A stretch of 64,000 nucleotides of DNA from contig CAVQYR010000001.1 in assembly GCA_963718235.1 (NCBI GenBank), positions 608,001-672,000 on the forward strand, written 5' to 3'. This DNA comes from an uncultured Actinomycetota bacterium (GTDB lineage: Bacteria > Actinomycetota > Actinomycetes > JAHEKZ01). Numbering within the stretch: the stretch's first letter is position 1; each line of letters begins with the position of its first letter. A model generated the notes under the pieces. It did no database searches. It worked only from the letters and a program-made list of their open reading frames with translations, and was not told the DNA's origin. This document shows positions 57,208-64,000 of the stretch, piece by piece. A program made the translations under genes and the position numbers.

Positions 57208-59062
57208 GTCCGGCCACCTCCCTGATCACCTCGGCGAGCTCTCCCGCCTTGAACGGCAGACCGCGGACCTGGTTGTACTGGACGATGTCGACGAGGAACC
57301 GGCCACGCAGGAGCAGGGCGAGCTGGCCGAGGTTCATCTCCGGCAGGACCACGGTCGGGTAGGCGCGCAGCACGTCCTCGGTGTTGGGCGGGAGCGGGTT
57401 GAGGTACCGGAAGTGCGCCTGCGCGACGTCGAGCCCGGCGTCGCGACAGCGACGGACCGCTGCTCCGATCGGCCCGTACGTCGAGCCCCATCCGATGACG
57501 AGGATCTGCGCGCGGCCGCTCGGGTCGTCGACGTCCAGGACGGGGATCGTCCGGGCGATCCCATCGACCTTGGCCTGGCGGGTTCGGACCATGTGGTCGT
57601 GGTTGACCGGGTCGTAGGACACGTTGCCGGAGCCGTCCTCCTTCTCCAGGCCACCGATCCGGTGCTCCAGGCCCGGTGTACCCGGGATGGCCCACGGACG
57701 CGCGAGGGTCTCCGGGTCGCGCAGGTACGGCCAGAACCGAGGCGTCCCGTCGTCGTCGACGTGGTTGGGCTCGGTCGAGAAGACGACGCCGAGGTCGGGC
57801 AGGGACCCCACGTCCGGTACCTGCCAGGGCTCCGAGCCGTTGGCGAGGTAGCCGTCGCTGAGGACGATCACCGGCGTGCGGTAGGCGAGGGCGATCCGGG
57901 CGGCCTCCAGACCGATGCTGAAGCAGTCGCTGGGTGACCGTGGAGCCAGCACAGGCACCGGTGCCTCGCCGTTGCGGCCGAACATGGCCTGGAGCAGGTC
58001 GGACTGCTCGGTCTTGGTGGGCAGACCGGTCGACGGGCCACCACGCTGGATGTCGCACACGATGAGCGGCAGCTCCAGTGAGACGGCCAGTCCGACCGTC
58101 TCGGCCTTCAGGGCCAGCCCGGGCCCTGAGGTCGTGGTCACGCCGAGGTGACCCCCGAAAGCCGCCCCGAGGGCCGCACCGACACCGGCGATCTCGTCCT
58201 CGGCCTGGAACGTGCGCACACCGAACCGCTTGTGCTTGCTCAGCTCGTGCAGGATGTCCGAGGCCGGAGTGATCGGGTATGAGCCGAGGAACAAGGAGAG
58301 CCCCGACTTCACCGACGCCGCCAGCAGCCCGTAGGCCAGAGCCACATTGCCGCTGATGTTGCGGTAGGTGCCGGACGCCAGTGGGGCGGGCTTGATCTCG
58401 TAGGAGACGGAGAAGTCCTCGGTGGTCTCACCGAAGTTCCAGCCGGCCTTGAACGCAGTGACGTTGGCCGTCATGAGCAGCGGGTTGCTGGCGAACTTGT
58501 GCTCGAGGAAGGCCAGGGTGCCGTCGGTGGGTCGGTGGTACAGCCAGCTCAGCAGCCCGAGGGCGAACATGTTCTTCGCCCGCTCCGCGTCCTTGCGCGA
58601 GACGCCGAGCTCGGCCAGTGCCGTGACCGTCATGGACGTGAGGCCGATGGCGTGCACGCGGTACGCCTCGAGCGTGCCGTCCTCCAGGGGATTCGCGTCG
58701 TAGCCGACCCGCTTCAGGTTCCGGGCGGTGAACTCGTCGGTGTTGACGATGAGGTCCGACCCTCGTGGGAGGTCCTTCAGGTTGGCCCTCAGTGCCGCTG
58801 GGTTCATGGCGACGAGCACGTTGGGGGCGTCGCCCGGAGTCATGATGTCGTGGTCTGCGAAGTGCAGCTGGAACGCGGAGACACCGGGGAGCGTGCCTGC
58901 TGGCGCCCGGATCTCGGCCGGGAAGTCGGGCAGCGTCGCCAGGTCGTTTCCCAGGAGGGCGGTCTCGTGGGTGAAGCGGTCGCCGGTGAGCTGCATGCCG
59001 TCGCCGGAGTCGCCGGCGAACCTGATGATGACGCGGTCCAGCTGGACGACCTCTTTGGTCAC
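57200..59062 (-). CDS. korA: 2-oxoacid:ferredoxin oxidoreductase alpha subunit (fused gamma-alpha)
   Basis: 'FAGDSGDGMQLTG', 'PAEIRAP', 'SYPITPAS' and 'QRGGPSTGLPT'. GTG is 6 nt after TACCAT. Confidence 0.95.
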   Translation of the reverse strand: MTKEVVQLDRVIIRFAGDSGDGMQLTGDRFTHETALLGNDLATLPDFPAEIRAPAGTLPGVSAFQLHFADHDIMTPGDAPNVLVAMNPAALRANLKDLPRGSDLIVNTDEFTARNLKRVGYDANPLEDGTLEAYRVHAIGLTSMTVTALAELGVSRKDAERAKNMFALGLLSWLYHRPTDGTLAFLEHKFASNPLLMTANVTAFKAGWNFGETTEDFSVSYEIKPAPLASGTYRNISGNVALAYGLLAASVKSGLSLFLGSYPITPASDILHELSKHKRFGVRTFQAEDEIAGVGAALGAAFGGHLGVTTTSGPGLALKAETVGLAVSLELPLIVCDIQRGGPSTGLPTKTEQSDLLQAMFGRNGEAPVPVLAPRSPSDCFSIGLEAARIALAYRTPVIVLSDGYLANGSEPWQVPDVGSLPDLGVVFSTEPNHVDDDGTPRFWPYLRDPETLARPWAIPGTPGLEHRIGGLEKEDGSGNVSYDPVNHDHMVRTRQAKVDGIARTIPVLDVDDPSGRAQILVIGWGSTYGPIGAAVRRCRDAGLDVAQAHFRYLNPLPPNTEDVLRAYPTVVLPEMNLGQLALLLRGRFLVDIVQYNQVRGLPFKAGELAEVIREVAGHE

Positions 59063-59178
59063 CTGCCGATGGTATGCCGGACACACCGTCCGGGCGCGCC
59101 CGGACCACCCCGGGCGGCGGGGGTTGCTCACTACGATGGGCTCTTTGGCGGCCGGGGCGGGATCGGAGGGCGACGGTC

Positions 59179-59562
59179 ATGCTCGACGACTGGAGCGGGT
59201 ACTTCGCCGGCTACGCCGTGCTCGGCATCGTCCTCGCCGTCGGGGTGGCGTTCGTCGGCACCGCTTTGGTGGGTAACGCCCTGCTGCGTCCCTCGGCGCC
59301 CTCCTCGGGCAAGCTGGCGAGCTACGAGTGCGGCCTGGACCCGGTGGGTGACGGCTGGGCGCAGATCCACCTGCGCTACTACGTGTACGCCTACCTGTAC
59401 GTGATCTTCGCCGTCGACGCCGTGTACCTGTTCCCGTGGGCGACGGTCTTCGACGATCCCGGGTTCGGTGCGGTCACGCTGGTCGAGATGTTCGCCTTCC
59501 TGGGCTTCCTCGCGGTCGGCATCCTCTACGCGTGGCGCCGTGGCGTCCTGAGCTGGACGTGA
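59179..59562 (+). CDS. nuoA: NuoA paralogue (second cluster)
   Basis: 'YECGLDP' and '[11 protein letters not shown]'; GGAGG RBS. Confidence 0.93.
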   Translation: MLDDWSGYFAGYAVLGIVLAVGVAFVGTALVGNALLRPSAPSSGKLASYECGLDPVGDGWAQIHLRYYVYAYLYVIFAVDAVYLFPWATVFDDPGFGAVTLVEMFAFLGFLAVGILYAWRRGVLSWT

Positions 59563-59569
59563 ACCGGCC

Positions 59570-60115
59570 GTGGCCCCCGTCGACATCCCGTCACCCACGC
59601 TGGGTGCACTGAGTCGCGTCGCCCCTCAGCCCATCCGGCTCGTCCTCAACTGGGGTCGTCGTTACAGCCTGTGGGTGTTCAACTTCGGACTGGCATGCTG
59701 TGCGATCGAGTTCATCGCGACCTCGATGAGCCGCTACGACTTCATCCGGCTCGGGGTCATCCCCTTCGCCCCCGGGCCGCGCCAGGCGGACCTCATGATC
59801 GTCTCGGGCACCGTGACGGACAAGATGGCACCGGCCATCAAGCGCCTGTACGACCAGATGCCCGACCCGAAGTACGTCATCTCCTTCGGCGCCTGCTCCA
59901 ACTGCGGCGGTCCCTACTGGGACTCCTACAGCGTCACCAAGGGCGTCGACCAGATCATCCCGGTCGACGTGTACGTCCCGGGATGCCCGCCGCGTCCGGA
60001 GGCGTTGCTGCAGGGGATCCTGAAGCTGCAGCGGAAGATCGCCGACGAGAACCTGGCGACCCGATACCGTCCGTCGGCCGCGGCGCTCCAGCGACCCCTG
60101 GTACCGGCGCCGTGA
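59570..60115 (+). CDS. nuoB: NuoB paralogue (second cluster)
   Basis: 'GLACCAIEF', 'GPRQAD' and 'PGCPPRPE'. Confidence 0.95.
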   Translation: MAPVDIPSPTLGALSRVAPQPIRLVLNWGRRYSLWVFNFGLACCAIEFIATSMSRYDFIRLGVIPFAPGPRQADLMIVSGTVTDKMAPAIKRLYDQMPDPKYVISFGACSNCGGPYWDSYSVTKGVDQIIPVDVYVPGCPPRPEALLQGILKLQRKIADENLATRYRPSAAALQRPLVPAP

Positions 60116-60696
60116 GCTCCGGCTGGGTCGAGGAGGTCACCGACGCGTTCGCTGCGCTGGACGGAGTGGTCAGCGAGTCCTACGGCGACGTCGTGGTCGA
60201 CCTCCTCAGTGTGCACTGGGTCGACGGGGTCACGATCGCTCGCGACGGCTTGAGACTGTCGTTCTTCGACTGGTTGTCGGCCGTCGACGAGCTGGAGGGG
60301 CTCTTCACCGTGGTGGTCCACGTGTACGACCCGCACCGGCGGCATCGACTGCTGCTTCGCACGCGGGTCGGCGAGTCCGGCTCCGCGAGCGTGGACACCA
60401 TCACCGGTGTCTTCGCCGGAGCCTCGTGGCACGAGCGTGAGACCTGCGAGATGTTCGGTATCCACTTCGAGGGCCATCCGAACCTCGTGCCGCTCCTGCT
60501 CCCGGAGGGGTTCGAGGGGCACCCGTGGCGCAAGAGCTTCGTGCTGGCCTCACGGGCAGCCAAACCCTGGCCAGGGGCCAAGGAGCCGGGAGAGTCGGAG
60601 CACGCCGCCAGCCCCAGCCGTCGCAAGACGCTGCCGCCGGGTGTGCCCGACCCGGCCACCTGGGGTCCACGCCGCGACAGCCAGGAGTCGCCGTGA
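60112..60696 (+). CDS. nuoC: NuoC paralogue (second cluster)
   Basis: 'FDWLSAVD' and '[18 protein letters not shown]'. Confidence 0.93.
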   Translation: MSSGWVEEVTDAFAALDGVVSESYGDVVVDLLSVHWVDGVTIARDGLRLSFFDWLSAVDELEGLFTVVVHVYDPHRRHRLLLRTRVGESGSASVDTITGVFAGASWHERETCEMFGIHFEGHPNLVPLLLPEGFEGHPWRKSFVLASRAAKPWPGAKEPGESEHAASPSRRKTLPPGVPDPATWGPRRDSQESP

Positions 60697-61643
60697 GCGA
60701 GCTCCTCGAGATCCTGATCCGGGTCGCGGTGGTCCTCGCTGCCTTCCTGACCCTTCCGCTGCTCGTCGGCCAGATGGAGCACAAGGCGATGGCGCACATG
60801 CAGTCGCGCCTCGGCCCCATGTACGCCGGTGCGTTCCACGGCTGGGCCCAGCTCGTCGCCGACGGCGTCAAGTTCGCCCAGAAGGAGCAGGTCGTGCCGA
60901 CGGCAGCGGATGCCAGGGTCTTCCGCCTGGCTCCGGCGATCGCGCTGCTGCCCTACTTCGTCGTCCTCGCCCTGATCCCGATCGCCCCCGACGTCGTCGG
61001 CCGGTCGCTGGACTCAGGCCTGTTCGTCGTGCTGGCGATCATGGCGGTCGGTGTCCTGGGCACGCTCATGGCCGGATGGGCCAGCGCCAACAAGTACGCG
61101 CTGCTCGGCGGGATGCGCCAGGCGGCGCAGCTGATGGCCTACGAGCTCCCCTTCGTCCTGGCCGCCGCCTCCGTGGCCACGGCCGCAGGGACGCTGTCGT
61201 TGACCGGGATCGTCGAGGCCTGGCAGCCGTCCTGGCTCCTGTGGCAGGGCGTCGGTGCGGTGGTGTTCTTCGTTGCCGGACTCGCCGAGCTCAACCGTCC
61301 GCCCTTCGACATGCCCGTGGCCGACTCCGAGGTCATCTTCGGCCCCTACACCGAGTACGGAGGTCTGCGGTTCGCGCTCTTCCTGCTCGCTGAGTACGCC
61401 GGGATCGTGGTCTTGTGCCTGCTCACGGCGGTCCTGTTCCTCGGCGGATGGCAGGGTCCGTTCGGGGACTCGCTGGTCTGGACCCTGGCCAAGGGTGCGG
61501 TTCTGGCCTTCGTCGTGATCTGGCTGAGGGTGAGCTTCCCGCGCCTGCGCGAGGACCAGCTCCAGCGGCTCGCCTGGCAGGGCCTGGTCCCGCTGGCGCT
61601 CGCCCAGCTCGCCGTCACCGGCGTCGTCAAGGTGGTCTGGTGA
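60693..61643 (+). CDS. nuoH: NuoH paralogue (second cluster)
   Basis: 'HMQSRLGP', 'ADGVKF' and '[15 protein letters not shown]'. Confidence 0.94.
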   Translation: MSELLEILIRVAVVLAAFLTLPLLVGQMEHKAMAHMQSRLGPMYAGAFHGWAQLVADGVKFAQKEQVVPTAADARVFRLAPAIALLPYFVVLALIPIAPDVVGRSLDSGLFVVLAIMAVGVLGTLMAGWASANKYALLGGMRQAAQLMAYELPFVLAAASVATAAGTLSLTGIVEAWQPSWLLWQGVGAVVFFVAGLAELNRPPFDMPVADSEVIFGPYTEYGGLRFALFLLAEYAGIVVLCLLTAVLFLGGWQGPFGDSLVWTLAKGAVLAFVVIWLRVSFPRLREDQLQRLAWQGLVPLALAQLAVTGVVKVVW

Positions 61644-62182
61644 CGACGCCGGACCGCTCGCGACGCGCGCTGCCGGGCTCCGGCCTGGTCAAGGGCCTGG
61701 GTGTGACCCTGCGTTCGATGACCCGGCGTTCGGTCACCGAGCAGTACCCCGACGTGAAGCCGGAGCTTCCCCCGCGCTCGCGCGGGGTGATCGCGCTGCT
61801 CGAGGAGAGCTGCACCGTGTGCATGCTGTGCGCACGCGAGTGCCCCGACTGGTGCATCTACATCGACTCCCACAAGGAGGTCGTCCCCGCGACCGAGCCG
61901 GGCGCGCGAGACCGCACCCGCAACATGCTCGACCGGTTCGCGATCGACTTCTCGCTGTGCATGTACTGCGGCATCTGCATCGAGGTCTGCCCTTTCGATG
62001 CGCTGTTCTGGTCGCCGGAGTTCGAGTACGCCGAGCTGGACATCCGTGACCTGGTCCATGAGAAGGACCGGCTGCGCGAGTGGATGTGGACGGTTCCAGC
62101 TCCTCCTGCTGCTGACGTCACGGCGCAGGAGCCCAAAGAGGTGACCGCTGCGCGCAAGGCCGCAGAGGAGCCAGGTTCGTGA
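61640..62182 (+). CDS. nuoI: NuoI paralogue (second cluster)
   Basis: '[12 protein letters not shown]' and '[12 protein letters not shown]'. Confidence 0.94.
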   Translation: MTTPDRSRRALPGSGLVKGLGVTLRSMTRRSVTEQYPDVKPELPPRSRGVIALLEESCTVCMLCARECPDWCIYIDSHKEVVPATEPGARDRTRNMLDRFAIDFSLCMYCGICIEVCPFDALFWSPEFEYAELDIRDLVHEKDRLREWMWTVPAPPAADVTAQEPKEVTAARKAAEEPGS

Positions 62183-62706
62183 GCGCGCTGCTCTCGCCGA
62201 GCGCGCTCGAGCTGGTCTTCGCCCTCTTCGGGCTCGTGGCCGTTGCTGCGGCGGTGGTGGTGGTGACGACCCGTCACCTGGTTCATGCGGCGCTGTGGCT
62301 GGTGGTGTCGCTCGGGGCGGTGGCTGGGTGCTTCCTTCTCCTGAGCGCGGAGTTCGTGGCCTGGATGCAGGTGCTGGTCTACGTCGGAGCGGTCGTCGTG
62401 ATCGTGCTGTTCGGGTTCATGCTCACTCGAGCACCGATCGGGCCCAGCGACGACCTCACGACCGGAAACCGGTGGGCGGCCCTGCTGGTCGCCGGCGGTG
62501 CCACCGCGGCGCTGGTCGTGCTCCTCATCGACGGCTTCGCCGAGGTGGTGCTCGACCTGTCCGACCCGGTTCCGGCCGATGCTGCGGTGATCGGCAGCGC
62601 GCTGTTCCGCTGGTGGGTGCTGCCTTTCGAGGCGTTGTCGGTCCTGCTGCTGGCAGCCCTGATCGGCGCGATCGCGGTGTCCCGCCTGCGACGTCGGGAG
62701 GTGTGA
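62179..62706 (+). CDS. nuoJ: NuoJ paralogue (second cluster)
   Basis: '[16 protein letters not shown]' and 'LPFE'. Confidence 0.93.
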   Translation: MSALLSPSALELVFALFGLVAVAAAVVVVTTRHLVHAALWLVVSLGAVAGCFLLLSAEFVAWMQVLVYVGAVVVIVLFGFMLTRAPIGPSDDLTTGNRWAALLVAGGATAALVVLLIDGFAEVVLDLSDPVPADAAVIGSALFRWWVLPFEALSVLLLAALIGAIAVSRLRRREV

Positions 62707-62707
62707 C

Positions 62708-63046
62708 GTGCACGCGCTGTACCCGCTGCTCGTCTCGGCCCTGCTGTTCGGCGTGGGGATCTACGGCGTACTGGCCAGGCGCAACGCGATCCTCGTGCTG
62801 ATGTCGGTGGAGATCATGCTCAATGCGGTGAACCTGGCCCTGGTCACCTTCGACGTCATGCTCGACGACCCCACTCATGCCGGGCAGTCGCTGAGTGTGT
62901 TCGTCATCACGATCGCGGCGGCCGAGATCGGGCTGGGTCTGGCCATCGTGCTGCTGGTGTTCCGGCTGCGTCGCACGATCGCGGTCGACGACCTGCACGA
63001 CCTGGGCGAGGGCCGCTCGGACGACCTGTCGAAGAGCCGCCCGTGA
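62708..63046 (+). CDS. nuoK: NuoK paralogue (second cluster)
   Basis: '[17 protein letters not shown]' and '[10 protein letters not shown]'. Confidence 0.94.
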   Translation: MHALYPLLVSALLFGVGIYGVLARRNAILVLMSVEIMLNAVNLALVTFDVMLDDPTHAGQSLSVFVITIAAAEIGLGLAIVLLVFRLRRTIAVDDLHDLGEGRSDDLSKSRP

Positions 63047-64000
63047 CCGGCCTCTGGCTCGTGGCCGGTCCGCTGGCTGCGGCCCTGGCCGGCCTCTGCC
63101 TCGGCGGCCTCGGGCGTCGTTGGGTCGCCGCGATCGCGGTGCTCGGGGCGACCGCCGCCCTGGTGGTCGGTGTCGCCCTTGCCGCCCAGCAGCCCTGGCA
63201 GGAGCCAGTGGTCGCCGACGGGCTGCGTGGCGCCTGGGTCGTGCTTCCGCTGGCCACGGTCGTCGACGGCCTCGCGGTGACGGTCGCCGTGATGGTCGCC
63301 GTCGTCGCGCTGCTCGTCCAGGTCTACTCCACGGCCTACCTGCGCGGTGAGCCCCGATACGCCACCTACGCCGCGTTCGTCTCGCTGTTCACCGCCGCGA
63401 TGCTGGCGGTCGTCGTCGCAGGAGACCTGTTGCTGCTGGTCATCGGCTGGGAGGTCATGGGGCTGTGCTCGTACGTGCTGATCGGTCAGAACTGGGAGGA
63501 CCCCGCGGCGCGGGCCGCGGCGGTCAAGGCCTTTCTCGTGACCAAGACGGGCGACGTGGGCTTCGTCGTCGGCGTCATCGTGCTCATCGCCTCGACCGGG
63601 ACCCTGCTGCTGGGTGACGCCGTCGCGGCTGCTTCCAACGTGACCAGCACCGCCACGGTGGTCACCTTGCTCCTGTTGATGGGCGTCGTGGGGAAGTCGG
63701 CCCAGTTCCCCCTTCATGCGTGGCTCCCCGATGCGATGGCGGGCCCGTCGCCGGTGAGTGCGCTGATCCACGCTGCGACGATGGTGGCGGCCGGGATCTA
63801 CGTCGTCGCGCGTACCTTCCCGATGTGGCAGGCGGCTCCCGTGACTCTGGCGGTCATGGCGGTGATCGCCTGCCTCACCATGCTGGGTGCAGCGTTGGCC
63901 GCCCTGGTCCAGACCGACCTGAAGCGCGTGCTCGCGTGGTCCACGGTGAGCCAGCTTGCGTACATGCTGGCGGCACTCGCCGTGGGCAGCGAGCAGGCGG
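63043..64000 (+). CDS. nuoL: NuoL paralogue (second cluster), 3' truncated by window
   Basis: Hand-translated from the GTG at 63043: '[11 protein letters not shown]', '[32 protein letters not shown]' and '[14 protein letters not shown]'. Confidence 0.93.
   Translation, partial: MTGLWLVAGPLAAALAGLCLGGLGRRWVAAIAVLGATAALVVGVALAAQQPWQEPVVADGLRGAWVVLPLATVVDGLAVTVAVMVAVVALLVQVYSTAYLRGEPRYATYAAFVSLFTAAMLAVVVAGDLLLLVIGWEVMGLCSYVLIGQNWEDPAARAAAVKAFLVTKTGDVGFVVGVIVLIASTGTLLLGDAVAAASNVTSTATVVTLLLLMGVVGKSAQFPLHAWLPDAMAGPSPVSALIHAATMVAAGIYVVARTFPMWQAAPVTLAVMAVIACLTMLGAALAALVQTDLKRVLAWSTVSQLAYMLAALAVGSEQA

Noticed and set aside
59179-64000. Group 4 hydrogenase or Mrp antiporter
   Set aside because: The NuoB paralogue has the tandem-Cys GLACC motif, nuoA/J/K are present, and there is no NiFe large subunit.

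Overview
High-GC actinobacterial (Actinomycetota-type) chromosomal segment. The backbone is the usual respiratory supercluster: cytochrome c biogenesis system II (resB-ccsB), the classical menaquinone pathway (menA, E, B, C, D, F, G, J and a polyprenyl synthase), a 14-gene complex I operon (nuoA-N, with a frameshift in nuoM), korAB, and a second nuo cluster that lacks nuoD/E/F/G and runs off the window end. Between menD and menF lies a ~22 kb block (10953-33006) encoding an apparently self-contained choline/glycine betaine catabolic system. It comprises BetA, BetB, a betaine-type ABC importer, a non-pyrrolysine MttB-family methyltransferase, a stand-alone corrinoid protein, a corrinoid:THF methyltransferase, a RACo/RamA-type activator with a DUF1638-like partner, MetV-MetF methylene-THF reductase, a dimethylglycine dehydrogenase with its own ETF, and three regulators with visible operator palindromes. 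This anaerobe-style B12 demethylation module in a respiring actinobacterium is the most notable signal. All calls come from motif recognition and gene context; no database searches were run. No rRNA, tRNA, CRISPR array, transposase or integrase was recognised.
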